Shown here piece after piece: positions 11,863-21,206 of a stretch of 64,000 bases of DNA (position 1 is its first letter; every line of letters begins with the position of its first letter). The translations under genes were made by a program, and so were the position numbers. Source of the DNA: Myxococcota bacterium (GTDB lineage: Bacteria; Myxococcota_A; UBA9160; PR03); the NCBI GenBank assembly GCA_041611735.1, contig JBFIML010000011.1, positions 1 to 64,000 of the forward strand, read 5' to 3'. The notes below the pieces were generated by a model. It saw nothing but the letters and a program-made list of their open reading frames with translations, was not told the DNA's origin and searched no databases.

Positions 11863-12834
11863 CTACCTTTCGGCTCCGAAGCGCGGCAGGCCGCTGGCCT
11901 CGAGCTGGGCCCGGTCGTGGGAGACCAGCAGCCCCACGTCGTGGCGCTCCGCGAGCTCGGCCAGGAAGCGCCGCAGCCGCGCCAGGCGGCGCGGGGCTTC
12001 GGGGACCACCAGCAGCCCGTAGAGCCAGGGCTTCGGCACGTCGAAGCGGATCCCGTCGGCGTGGTTCACGACGTCGCCCGTGAAGGCCCAGGTGGCTACG
12101 CCCGCGGCAGTGCGCACGTGGGCCACGAAGATCTGGCTGCCCGGCGTGTGTCCGGCGACCGGGATCACCAGCAGTCCCGGGAAGCCCGGCACGGTCCGCG
12201 GCGGCGGGCCCTCGAGCGGGCGGGCGTCCGTACATGCGGCCCGCGCCAGGGCGGCGCGCCCGGGCCGGGTCGTGTAGTTGGAGCGTTGCGCCTGGAGGGC
12301 GCCCTGGTAGAGCGGCAGCGGAGTGCGGCGGCCCGCGCACAGGGCTGCGATCCCGGCGGTGTGGTCCACGTGGAGGTGGGTGAAGGCCAGCCCCCGGACC
12401 CGCGCCGCGCTCTCGCCCAGACGGTCGGCCAGGGCCGCGTGGGGCTCGATCGGGTCGGCGCCGGCCAGCCAGACGAGGGGGGCCCCGAAGGAGAGCGCCG
12501 CCTCCCGGTCCATACCGAGGTCGATCAGGAAGAGGCGCCCGTCCGACCACTCGAGGACGAAGGCCACATGGCTCATCACGTAGGGCGCCGTGGGATGAGG
12601 ATCCCGGCCGGGCTCCAGCACCGCGGCGCGCGGCATGCGCTGGCTCGCCGTATCCAGCCAGGAAAGCCGCACCGGAAGATCGCTCTCCGGCTCCATGGCC
12701 AGCAGCGCCCGGACGGAGGGAAGCGGCGGATCGAGGCGCCGGATGCTCCAGTGCGCCCAGGCCAGGCCGGCGGTTCCGACCCCCAGGAGTGCCAGCGCGG
12801 CGAGCCCCAGGATCACGAGGATTCTTCGCACCAC
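11863..12834 (-). CDS. Membrane-anchored metallo-beta-lactamase fold hydrolase
   Basis: N-terminal TM; THLHVDH (HxHxDH), GHTPG, GD and SHD metal ligands. Confidence 0.85.
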   Translation of the reverse strand: MVRRILVILGLAALALLGVGTAGLAWAHWSIRRLDPPLPSVRALLAMEPESDLPVRLSWLDTASQRMPRAAVLEPGRDPHPTAPYVMSHVAFVLEWSDGRLFLIDLGMDREAALSFGAPLVWLAGADPIEPHAALADRLGESAARVRGLAFTHLHVDHTAGIAALCAGRRTPLPLYQGALQAQRSNYTTRPGRAALARAACTDARPLEGPPPRTVPGFPGLLVIPVAGHTPGSQIFVAHVRTAAGVATWAFTGDVVNHADGIRFDVPKPWLYGLLVVPEAPRRLARLRRFLAELAERHDVGLLVSHDRAQLEASGLPRFGAER

Positions 12835-13090
12835 GCCCTCCGGCCCGGCGCCAGGCTACGGCAGACCCGGCGGGCAGACCGGGCCACCGGTTCGGACCCC
12901 ACTCGAAGGGTCCCTGCCCAAGCGCCGGAAAGAAAGCGCTTTCCCCCGAGTGGAGGCCCGGGGGCCCAGATCGGGCAGCGCCCGTGCGGGGGTGCAGATT
13001 CCTGCGCTCCGGCAGCCCTCGGGCGAAAGCAGCGGCCCGCCGGCCACCTGGCGTCCGTCCTGCGCCCGGGTGGAGCACCCGGCCCGGCCT

Positions 13091-13106
13091 CGGCACGCCC
13101 CTTGCT
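13091..13106 (+). promoter_or_regulatory. Sigma-54 promoter (-24/-12)
   Basis: CGGCACGCCCCTTGCT has exact GG-N10-GC spacing and is close to consensus TGGCACG-N4-TTGCW; about 50 bp before ATG 13157. Confidence 0.7.
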
Positions 13107-13156
13107 GCGGCAAAGCCCGGGTCCCCCGGCAGCGTGCTGGAACGGGAGACGAAAGC

Positions 13157-13456
13157 ATGCGCATCCTCGGAGTGCTCCAGTGCCGCGACTGCGGCGGCCG
13201 CCACGAGATCCACGTGAATCGCGGCGGGAGGCTCGTGTCCCTCGTATCCTGCCCCAAGGGCGGCGGACTCGGCGAGGTGGCCCGGCAGCGGGTGGGCGAG
13301 ATGCTGGCCGAGGCCGCCCACGAGCTCGGTCGGGTGCAGCGCATGGTCGCGGCTTCAACCCCCAGCTGGCGGGACGTCGCGCCCCGGATCGATGAGGTCC
13401 ACCGGCGGCTGGCCCGCATCCAGGATGCCATCGAACGTCAGGCGCGCCGGGGATGA
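13157..13456 (+). CDS. Small hypothetical protein with a CxxC...H...C motif and helical C-terminus
   Basis: GGGAGA RBS; MRILGVLQCRDCGGRHEIH...SCPKG; good codon usage. Confidence 0.7.
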   Translation: MRILGVLQCRDCGGRHEIHVNRGGRLVSLVSCPKGGGLGEVARQRVGEMLAEAAHELGRVQRMVAASTPSWRDVAPRIDEVHRRLARIQDAIERQARRG

Positions 13457-13463
13457 GCGATCG

Positions 13464-14792
13464 ATGAGCGAGTCCTGTCGAATGCGCCGCGCCGGGCGGC
13501 TGCGCCTGGGAGCGGTGCTGGCTGCGGCGGCCGGGCTGCTCGTCGCCGGCGTCGCCGAGGCGGCGAATCTCCAGCGGGTTCGCGTCGGTCGGCACCCGAC
13601 CTTCACGCGGGTCGTGCTCGAGCTCGACGCCCCGGCGAGCTATCGCCTGGAGGGACCGCTTCACGGACCGCCCCCGGAGCTGCGCCTGGCGCTGGCCGCC
13701 GGCGGCGAGCCGCTGCGTCTCTCTCCGCCCGGGACGACGCCGGTCCGGTCGGTGCGCGTCGAGCCCGACGCCCATGGCGTGCAGGTGCGGATCGAGCTGT
13801 CCCGGGCCGACGTCCGCGTGGCCGAGACGATCCTGGCGGGTCCTCCGCGCATCGTCCTGGACCTGGCGGTGGGACCGGCTCCGGAGCTGGCGCAGGCGCT
13901 GCCACCCACGCCGCCCGCGGCGCGCGAACCGCCGGCTCCGCCCGCGGTGGAGACCGTCGCCTCGCCGGCAGTTCCGCCGCCCGCGCGGCCCCTGACGGCC
14001 GAGCCCCCGGCGCCCGTTCGGATGCCGAGCCCGCCGCCCGCAGCGTCACCCCCCTCCGCCGCGCCCACGTCGCCCGCCGAGGTGGCGCCGGCTTCTCCCG
14101 CCGTTGCGCCGCCCGCCGAGCCGCCGCCGGCTTCTCCCGCCCTTGCGCCGCCGGTGCCCCCCGAAGTGCCGCCCGCATCGCCCGCCGAGTCCCCGCCGCC
14201 CGCCGAAGTGCCGCCCGCATCGCCCGCCGAGCCCCCGGCCGTCTCGACAGCACCCGCAAGCCTCGCCGTGCTCCGTGGCCTGGCTGGCTTCCTGCTGGTG
14301 GCGGGCCTCGTGATCGGGCTCTTCGTGGTCTGGGTCTGGCTGCGCCGGCGCGGCGAAGCGCCGCGGCTCGTCAAGCCGGAGGAGGCCTGGGAGGCGCCGG
14401 AGGCCGCCCCGCCGGCGCCCGAGCCGTCTGCGCCCGAGACGCCCGTCCCGGCCGAGGCATCCGCGTGGGGCGAGCTGCTGCGGCGTCGCGGCGCGGCGCC
14501 GGCGCCGCTGGAAGAGCCCGCGGCGCCCGAGCTGCCCGCACTCGCCGCGGAGCCTACCCTCCGCGAGCTGCGGGACCATCTGCGCCGCGTGGAGAGCCGG
14601 CTGGCCGGTCTGGAGCACCGCCTCGACGACCTCGCCGACTGGCGCCGGGGCTGGTCGAGTGAGCTCGAAGCCCAGCGCGAGGAGCTGCGGGTGCAACGCT
14701 CGGCGGTGGCGCGCCTGAAGCGCGTGGTGCGCTCCCTGGCCCGTCCCGAGGACTGGGTGCGCGAGCCCGGCGAGTGGCGCCGGCGTCCCTGA
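13464..14792 (+). CDS. AMIN-like domain / Pro-rich linker / TM / coiled-coil protein
   Basis: Signal peptide, RVGRHPTFTRVVLELD, PPRIVLDL, PASPA repeats, TM GFLLVAGLVIGLFVVWVWL, heptad-rich C-terminus. Confidence 0.75.
   Translation: MSESCRMRRAGRLRLGAVLAAAAGLLVAGVAEAANLQRVRVGRHPTFTRVVLELDAPASYRLEGPLHGPPPELRLALAAGGEPLRLSPPGTTPVRSVRVEPDAHGVQVRIELSRADVRVAETILAGPPRIVLDLAVGPAPELAQALPPTPPAAREPPAPPAVETVASPAVPPPARPLTAEPPAPVRMPSPPPAASPPSAAPTSPAEVAPASPAVAPPAEPPPASPALAPPVPPEVPPASPAESPPPAEVPPASPAEPPAVSTAPASLAVLRGLAGFLLVAGLVIGLFVVWVWLRRRGEAPRLVKPEEAWEAPEAAPPAPEPSAPETPVPAEASAWGELLRRRGAAPAPLEEPAAPELPALAAEPTLRELRDHLRRVESRLAGLEHRLDDLADWRRGWSSELEAQREELRVQRSAVARLKRVVRSLARPEDWVREPGEWRRRP
14087..14231 (+). repeat. 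Intragenic duplications encoding Pro-rich repeats
   Basis: 27-bp near-identical pair at 14087 and 14126 (period 39); 29-bp identical pair ccgaagtgccgcccgcatcgcccgccgag at 14161 and 14203 (period 42). Confidence 0.8.
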
Positions 14793-14830
14793 GGCCGTCC
14801 GGCCGTCGCCCCCGGTCCCGGGCCAGGCTC

Positions 14831-15454
14831 CTACGAGGCCGCGGGCAGGCGCGTGCTCGGGCGTCCGGAGAAGGACTGCCACCAGCGCGCCAGGTTCGGC
14901 CAGCGCCGCTCCGGATCCACGTCGATCTCCCCGAGCTCGGCGAAGCGCAGGGCCGCGTACAGGGTGCAGTCCGCGATCGTGGGCTGCTCTCCGGCCACGA
15001 AGGGGTGCTCGGCGATCTCCGCGTCCAGATAGGCCAGGGCGCCCGGCAGTCCCCCACGCGCCTGCTCGGCCACCTCCGGGACGGGCTTCGCACCGGGGAG
15101 CACCGCCCGCGTATTGTGGAAGATGCGGGCCACGGGCGACAGGACGCCGAGCTCGGCCGTGCGCTCGAGCGCGCGCACGCGGGCTCGCTCCAGCGGCGTG
15201 CGCCCGATCATGGGCGGCTCCGGGTGGAGCTCCTCCAGGTACTCGATGATCGCCAGGGACTCGCGCAGGCAGGTGCCGTCGTCGAGCTCGAGGACGGGCA
15301 GGCCGCCCATGGGGTTGCGGGCCAGGAAGGCCGGCGTGCGTTGCTCGCCGGCCACGAGGTTCACGTTCACGCGCGGGATCTCGAGCCCCTTCTCCGCCAG
15401 GTAGACGCGCAGCTTGGTGGGGTTCGGGGCGAACGGGAAGTCGTACACCTTCAT
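14831..15454 (-). CDS. Glutathione S-transferase family protein
   Basis: MKVYDFPFAPNP, NPMGGLPVLELDDG, ESLAIIEYLEE, TIADC. Confidence 0.92.
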   Translation of the reverse strand: MKVYDFPFAPNPTKLRVYLAEKGLEIPRVNVNLVAGEQRTPAFLARNPMGGLPVLELDDGTCLRESLAIIEYLEELHPEPPMIGRTPLERARVRALERTAELGVLSPVARIFHNTRAVLPGAKPVPEVAEQARGGLPGALAYLDAEIAEHPFVAGEQPTIADCTLYAALRFAELGEIDVDPERRWPNLARWWQSFSGRPSTRLPAAS

Positions 15455-15516
15455 GCTCCGGAGCCTAGCCGAGATACGCGTTCCTCCCAGGAAGGGAACC
15501 GCGCTGCCCAACACGG

Positions 15517-15726
15517 TCAAGGCCTCGAACGTGACCGGCCTCTATGCCTGGAAGCCGCGGCCCGCGGTGAAGTCGTGGGTGTCGAAGGGGTTGCCCCCGC
15601 TTCGGCCTCGAGTCCGCGTCGCAGGGCGACCACCGCATCCAACCGCCGGACCTGCACCGGGTTCCAGGTGGCCGGGCCCACCACCGCCACCGGCACACCG
15701 GTCGGACCGAAGCGCCGCATGCGCAT
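15517..15726 (-). pseudogene. Aldo/keto reductase N-terminal remnant
   Basis: MRMRRFGPTGVPVAVVGPATWN...VALRRGLEA resembles an AKR N-terminus; FDT appears only in a shifted frame; then early stops. Confidence 0.6.
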
Positions 15727-15858
15727 GGTGGGGCAGCCCAGCGCCGTGCGGCGGGACGCGCAGTCGCCACCGGATCCCGGCCTGTGGCCCACGGCCCCAC
15801 GCCGGGGCGTCCTGCCGCGCCGGACGGGCGCCTGCGCGGGGGACAGGCCGTCGCCGCC

Positions 15859-15874
15859 CGGCATGCCGCTTGCT
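15859..15874 (+). promoter_or_regulatory. Sigma-54 promoter (-24/-12)
   Basis: CGGCATGCCGCTTGCT, GG-N10-GC, about 41 bp before the CBS gene ATG. Confidence 0.65.
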
Positions 15875-15915
15875 TCGTCTCGCAAGACGGCGCCGCGAGG
15901 CGCCGGGGAGGCCCC

Positions 15916-16395
15916 ATGTCCCTGCTGTCGGTCATCCGACGCCCCGTCGTCACGGTCGGGCCGAGCTGCACGGTGCGCGACGCGGCGCGCCGCATGATGG
16001 CGAAGTCCGTGGGCGCCCTGGTGGTCACCGAACTCTCGGGCGCGACGCCGACCGGCATCGTGACGGATCGGGATCTGGTGGCGCTGGTCGCCGAAGGCGT
16101 GGACCCGGACACGGCGACCGTGGCCTGCCTGGCCCAGTCGAGGCTGGAGACCGTGTTCACCGACCAGGGCGTCCGCGACGTGACCGACCGCATGCACAAG
16201 CACGGTGTGCGCAGGCTCCCGGTGACGGACCGCAGCGGCCGCCTGGTGGGGATCGTCTCCCTGGACGACATCCTCGTGCTGCTCGGGCGCGAGATGGCGG
16301 ACGTGGCCGAGACCATCCAGGAGGAGATCAGCCGCGAGCGCGCGCGGGCGGGGCGCGAGACCCTCTCGCTGTCCCCGCGGCCCGAAGACGCCTGA
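15916..16395 (+). CDS. Tandem CBS-domain protein
   Basis: VRDAARRM, VGALVV, GIVTDRDLV, VRRLPV, GIVSLDD; GGAGG RBS. Confidence 0.92.
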   Translation: MSLLSVIRRPVVTVGPSCTVRDAARRMMAKSVGALVVTELSGATPTGIVTDRDLVALVAEGVDPDTATVACLAQSRLETVFTDQGVRDVTDRMHKHGVRRLPVTDRSGRLVGIVSLDDILVLLGREMADVAETIQEEISRERARAGRETLSLSPRPEDA

Positions 16396-16473
16396 GCCGC
16401 CCCCGCAGCCGGGCGTCGTGCGGCCCGCGCCCGCGCAGTAGCATGGCTCGCATCCCGGACGCAGGGGGGGGGC

Positions 16474-17625
16474 ATGCCGATCCGCAGCATCGAGGCCACC
16501 TATCTCGAGATCCCCTTGCCCGCCGACTTCCGGCCCAGCTGGATCCCGGGGCTCGTGCAGCAGCACAACCGCTGCCTCGTCGTGGAGGTGCACGACGAGT
16601 CCGGCCACGTGGGCATCGGTGCGGGGGCGGTCTTCGAGCGACGCCAGGCCGAGCTCGGCAAGTTCGTGGTCGTGGACACGATCGGCCGCTTCCTGATGGG
16701 AGCCGAGCCCTTTGCCCTGGAGGGACACGCCCGGCTGATCGATCGCTTCGGGCTCCTGATCGGCGGCCGTCCCTGGGCGCTCGAGAACGCCCTCTGGGAC
16801 CTGGCCGCGAAGATCGCGGGCGTGCCCCTCTACCAGCTGCTCGGCGGCTCGCGCGACCGGATCCCCACCTATTGCAGCTTCGGGGAGAGCGTCCAGACGC
16901 TGGACCTGGGCGCGCGCCGGGAGGCCCTCGACGCCCGCCGGGAGGACGGCTTCCGCGCCTTCAAGCTGCGCAGCCGCAGCGCCGACTGGCGCCAGGACGT
17001 CAAGCTCATGGAGGCCGTGCGTGCCCACGTGGGCGACGACGTGGACCTCATGATCGACTGCAACCAGGGCTGGAACCTGAGCCCCCTGGGTCCCGAGTGG
17101 AGCTACGAGGCAGCGCGCGAGTTCTGTCTCGCCGCGGGCGCGCTCGGCTTCCGCTGGGTGGAGGAGCCACGGCCGCGCTTCGACTGGGAGGGGCTCGCCC
17201 GGCTGCGCAGCGAGGTCGAGGTGCCGCTGGCCGGCGGGGAGCTCAACCAGGGCCTCCACGAGTTCCAGGTGCTGCTCGACCGCGACTGCCTGGACGTGCT
17301 CCAGCCCGACGTGTGCCTGGCGGGCGGCATCGGCATGGCGCGCAAGGTGGCGACCCTCTGCGAGACGCGGGCCAAGGGCTTCAGCCCCCACACCTGGACC
17401 AACGGCATCGGACTGCTGCACAACCTGCAGCTGGCCTGTGGCGTGCCGAACTGCGAGATCCTGGAGTACCCCTGGGAGGCGCCGGGCTGGGTTCCGGACG
17501 TCCGGGACGCGATGCTGGTCGATCCCCCGCGGCCCGCGCAGGGCGTGCTGGCGGCTCCGACGCAGCCGGGGATCGGCTGCGAGCTCGACCGCGAGGTGCT
17601 GGAGCGTTACGGAACCCGCCTCTAG
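16474..17625 (+). CDS. Mandelate racemase/muconate lactonizing enzyme family (enolase superfamily)
   Basis: ALWDLAAK, KLR, D.NQG, WVEEP, AGGE, QPD, PH.W, EYP. Confidence 0.9.
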   Translation: MPIRSIEATYLEIPLPADFRPSWIPGLVQQHNRCLVVEVHDESGHVGIGAGAVFERRQAELGKFVVVDTIGRFLMGAEPFALEGHARLIDRFGLLIGGRPWALENALWDLAAKIAGVPLYQLLGGSRDRIPTYCSFGESVQTLDLGARREALDARREDGFRAFKLRSRSADWRQDVKLMEAVRAHVGDDVDLMIDCNQGWNLSPLGPEWSYEAAREFCLAAGALGFRWVEEPRPRFDWEGLARLRSEVEVPLAGGELNQGLHEFQVLLDRDCLDVLQPDVCLAGGIGMARKVATLCETRAKGFSPHTWTNGIGLLHNLQLACGVPNCEILEYPWEAPGWVPDVRDAMLVDPPRPAQGVLAAPTQPGIGCELDREVLERYGTRL

Positions 17626-17651
17626 GACGCAGCGCTAGGGAAGGAGAGGTC

Positions 17652-18470
17652 ATGCGCTTCGTGCGCTGGATCGCACTGGGCGGGCTCTTCCTGGGGGGCC
17701 TGGCCGCGGCGGCCCTGTGGGTCTACGTGGACCGGGTCGCCGTCTGGGCCGTGGAGCGGGGCGCCACCCGGGCGCTCGGCGTCCCCACCTCGGTGCGCTC
17801 CGCTCGGGTGAGCCTGCGAGCCGGGGGGTTGCGGCTGCGCGACCTGCGGGTGGCCAATCCGAGCGGCTTCGAGGGGGAGTTCCTGAGCCTGCGCGACGCC
17901 CGGCTCGCCCTGGACCTGGCGTCCGTCCGGGAGCCGGTGATCCGGGCGCCGCGGCTCACCCTGAGCCAGCTCGTGGTGCGCCTGGAGCGCAGGCCGGGAC
18001 GCACCAACTACGGAACCATCCTGCAGAACTTGAGCAAAAACGGGAAACCCGCTGCTACGGCGAAGGATTCGCCCCGTCGCTTCCTCGTGGAGGAGCTTCG
18101 CATCGAGGACGTGACGGCCCACGTGCGGCTGCTCCCGGTGGGCGGCCGGCTCACGGAGCTCGAAGTCCAGGTGCCCGCGATCCGGCTGACGAACGTGGGG
18201 GAAGGGAAGGGCGGGCTTCCGGTGGCGCAGCTCTCGGGCCTCGTGGTGCAGGCGGTGCTCGAGGCTCTGGCGCGCAAGGGGGTGGGCCTGCCGGGGCAGC
18301 TGGCAGGCGAGCTCCAGGCGGGCCTGGCGCGGCTACCGCTGCGGGTTCCCGGCCCGGCGCGGGCGGGGGAGTCGGCTCGGGAGGCGGTGGAGGGGGCCGG
18401 CCGGGCCATCCGGGAGGGCGCCGGCCGCGTGTTCGAGAACCTGCGCCGGGGCGGGGAGCGCAAGCCCTAG
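17652..18470 (+). CDS. AsmA-like N-terminally anchored protein
   Basis: N-terminal TM, LRVANPSGF, beta-rich middle, TNYGTILQNL, IRLTNVG. Confidence 0.7.
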   Translation: MRFVRWIALGGLFLGGLAAAALWVYVDRVAVWAVERGATRALGVPTSVRSARVSLRAGGLRLRDLRVANPSGFEGEFLSLRDARLALDLASVREPVIRAPRLTLSQLVVRLERRPGRTNYGTILQNLSKNGKPAATAKDSPRRFLVEELRIEDVTAHVRLLPVGGRLTELEVQVPAIRLTNVGEGKGGLPVAQLSGLVVQAVLEALARKGVGLPGQLAGELQAGLARLPLRVPGPARAGESAREAVEGAGRAIREGAGRVFENLRRGGERKP

Positions 18471-18497
18471 GCGTCCGGCTGCGGTCTCCGCAGCGGA

Positions 18498-19646
18498 TCA
18501 GGCCTCCAGCGGCGAGTCCGGGGCCGTCGCCACCAGGTCGCGGGCAAAATCCAGCGTGGAGGCCGGACTCGCGAAGAAGTGCTGGCTCCCGGCATGGATG
18601 TCGCGGAAGCAGCGCTGCAGCGGGCCCTCGCGCAGCGCGCTGGTGCCGGCCAGCAGGTAGGCCTGGCGCACGATGTCCGCGCCCTCCTGGGTGACGTGCA
18701 CGGTGGCCTGGCGCACCTCGTTGTTCTCCACCAGATCCAGGCGGCCGGTGGCGACGACGGTCCGCTCGGCACGCTCGAAGGCCTCGCGCAGCCAGGCGCA
18801 GGCGGAGCGGAAGCGGGACTCGAGGGTGCCGAGCGAGTGCAGGAAGCGCTCGTCGTCCTTCAGGAAGCGGCCGGCCCCCATGCGCACCGTGGTCTTGGCG
18901 AGGGCCCCGAGCTCGTCGAGTGCGCGGCGGGTCACGCCCACCGCGAAGCCAGCATGGCCGGCGGCGGTCTGTGCAATGACGCCGAGCTCGTAGACGCGGC
19001 CTCCGCGGCGTCGGGTGGGTGTCGCAAACACGAAGCTGGCGTCCTCGGGGACGAAGGCGTCCCGGACGCCGTAGTCCCAGCTGGCCGTGGCACCCAGGCC
19101 GAGCACCTCCCAGTTGCCGCGCAGCTCGACCGCGTCCCGGGGCAGCACGCCGAACAGGTAGCGTGCCGGCGCGTCGGAGCCCTGGGGCGGCGGCACCAGG
19201 AAGCCCACTCCCACCCACTCCGCGTAGTGGAGACCGCTGCCGAACTGGTAGTTGCCGCTCACGCGGTAGCCGCCGTCCTCCGGCGTGCCGGTGCCGTTGG
19301 GGGCAAACTGTCCCGCCACCAGCGGAACTCCGTCGGCGAACATGTTCTCCACGAACGGGTCGCCCCCGTAGGCCCCGAAGAAGGCCACGGCCGAGGCGCC
19401 GGCCATGAGACACCAGCCGGTGGAGCCGTCGGCGCGAGCGACCTCCGCGAAGACGTCGATGGCGTCGGCCAACGGCAGCTCGGCACCGCCCAGCTCGCGC
19501 GGCGTTAGCGTGCCGAACAGGCCGGCCCGCCGCAGGGCGTCGATGCTCTCGGCGGCAACCGGAGCATCTCCGGCCTTCGCGGCGTTGGCGTCGAGCTGGG
19601 AGCGGAGCTCCCGAGCGGCGGCCAGAAGGGGCGTCGGCTCGGTCAA
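18498..19646 (-). CDS. Acyl-CoA dehydrogenase-fold flavin monooxygenase (HsaA/PigA-like oxygenase component)
   Basis: PRELGGAE, ADGSTGWC, FGSG, W.VLGL.AT.S.D, LQRCFRDIHAGSQH. Confidence 0.85.
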   Translation of the reverse strand: MTEPTPLLAAARELRSQLDANAAKAGDAPVAAESIDALRRAGLFGTLTPRELGGAELPLADAIDVFAEVARADGSTGWCLMAGASAVAFFGAYGGDPFVENMFADGVPLVAGQFAPNGTGTPEDGGYRVSGNYQFGSGLHYAEWVGVGFLVPPPQGSDAPARYLFGVLPRDAVELRGNWEVLGLGATASWDYGVRDAFVPEDASFVFATPTRRRGGRVYELGVIAQTAAGHAGFAVGVTRRALDELGALAKTTVRMGAGRFLKDDERFLHSLGTLESRFRSACAWLREAFERAERTVVATGRLDLVENNEVRQATVHVTQEGADIVRQAYLLAGTSALREGPLQRCFRDIHAGSQHFFASPASTLDFARDLVATAPDSPLEA

Positions 19647-19763
19647 GGTCGGATCTCCGCTGCCCGGGAAACCACTGCGGCACCCACGCGGCTGCGCTCG
19701 AAGCGAGTCAACCAGAACTCGACGGGGAGCGCCAGCGCGGAACCGGTGTCGCGCGCGAGGCCG

Positions 19764-20570
19764 TCAGCGGGGAGGTCGTGGCGGTCGCAGCGCGGAAGCC
19801 GGCGAGCCGGCGAGCCCCAGGATCTCCAGCAGATGGACGTGGGAGTCCGCCACGTGGTCTGCGTCCGGCAGCTCGCTGCGATCGTCGTGATGGTCTCGAA
19901 TGCGCACCGTGCGCAAGCCCGCCGCCCGGGCCCCGGCCACGTCCGTGCGCCGCAGGTCGCCCACGTGCACCGCCTCGTCCGCCCGCTCGCCGAAGCCCAG
20001 AGCGTCGAGGGCGGTGCGGAAGACGCGCGTGTCGGGCTTGGGGACGCCCGCCTCGTCGGAGAAGACCGTCGCCTCCAGGTGCGGGAGCAGGCCGGCCCGG
20101 TCGAGCAGTCGCCGCACCACGCGCCCCGGGCTGAAGCCCGTGTCGCAGATGAGGGCCCTTCGCACCCCCGCGGCCGCGAGGCGCTCCAGGGTCTCGAGCG
20201 CCCCGTCCAGGGCGCGGACCTCGGCGCCCAGGGCCGCCTCGGCGAGTTCCGCCGTCAGGTCCGTCAGCTGCTCGGCTTCCGGCCGCCGGCCGCCACGCTC
20301 CTCGAGCAGCACCTCCACCGCCCAGGCCGCCATCTCCCGCGCTCCACTGGCCACCCCCTCGTGCCAGAGTGCCCAGTGGCGCTGCCAGGCGCGGTCCAGG
20401 GAGCGGCGTGCCGCCTCCGCATCCGCTCCGAGGCCCCAGGCGCGAGCGGCTCGGGTCACGATCTCCACCCGACGTCCGTAGCTGGCGGCCGGCTCGGGCT
20501 CGTAGAGGAGCGTGCTCCAGCAGTCGAAGGTGACGGCTCCGGGCGGGCCTCCGGCGCGGCGCATGCTCAT
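19764..20570 (-). CDS. HAD-superfamily hydrolase
   Basis: TFDCWSTL motif I, FSDEAGVPKPD, HVGDLRRTDVAGA. Confidence 0.88.
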   Translation of the reverse strand: MSMRRAGGPPGAVTFDCWSTLLYEPEPAASYGRRVEIVTRAARAWGLGADAEAARRSLDRAWQRHWALWHEGVASGAREMAAWAVEVLLEERGGRRPEAEQLTDLTAELAEAALGAEVRALDGALETLERLAAAGVRRALICDTGFSPGRVVRRLLDRAGLLPHLEATVFSDEAGVPKPDTRVFRTALDALGFGERADEAVHVGDLRRTDVAGARAAGLRTVRIRDHHDDRSELPDADHVADSHVHLLEILGLAGSPASALRPPRPPR

Positions 20571-21103
20571 TGGATAATCCCCTGGGCGCGGATTTCCAGC
20601 TCGAGGGCCGCGCCGGCCTCCAGGGGCCGGGCGGTGTCGAGCACCACGTGCTCCCCAGCGGGCAGCTCGTCGACCGGCTCCCAGCCGGCCAGGAACGTCT
20701 CGAAGAGGGCGAGCCAGCCTGCTTCCCCCTGCTGCTCCCGGCCTCGCAGGCGCTCGCGGCAGGTGTCCGGGTCCGCCCGGCACTCCACGAAGCGGAACGG
20801 GACGTCGCACTCGGCGGCGACGGCCCGGGCCTGGGCCCGCAGGGCGCGGGTCTGGAAGGTGGCGTCCAGGACCAGCGGGCGGCCGGCGCAGAGCGGCGCC
20901 CGAGCGCGCTGCAAGAGCTCCGCGTACAGGGCCGGCGCGAAGCCGGGCGCCAGGGCCTCGCGCCGTCCGCGGGCCAGGAACTGCCGGCGGGTCTCGTCGG
21001 CGCTCAGGAGCTCGGCGTCGAGGAGCGTTGCGAGGCGTCGCGCCACAGTGCTCTTGCCACTGGCGATCAGCCCGCCCACGGCCACCAGCCCCGCCTTCCA
21101 CAT
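20567..21103 (-). CDS. AAA_33-type P-loop kinase
   Basis: GLIASGKST, LSADETR, VLDATF, CRERL. Confidence 0.85.
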   Translation of the reverse strand: MWKAGLVAVGGLIASGKSTVARRLATLLDAELLSADETRRQFLARGRREALAPGFAPALYAELLQRARAPLCAGRPLVLDATFQTRALRAQARAVAAECDVPFRFVECRADPDTCRERLRGREQQGEAGWLALFETFLAGWEPVDELPAGEHVVLDTARPLEAGAALELEIRAQGIIQ

Positions 21104-21124
21104 GCCCCGCAGCCTAGCCCGCCG

Positions 21125-21206
21125 GGGGACATTCTCGACTGATTGACTTATCGTCCGAGGGAGACCTTGCCCTGGGCCGAGAAGTCGATCAGTCGAGCAC
21201 GTCCCC
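21125..21206. repeat. Palindromic element copy A (82 bp, REPIN/MITE-like)
   Basis: Left arm GGGGACATTCTCGACTGATTGACTT and right arm AAGTCGATCAGTCGAGCACGTCCCC are 22/25 complementary. Confidence 0.85.
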
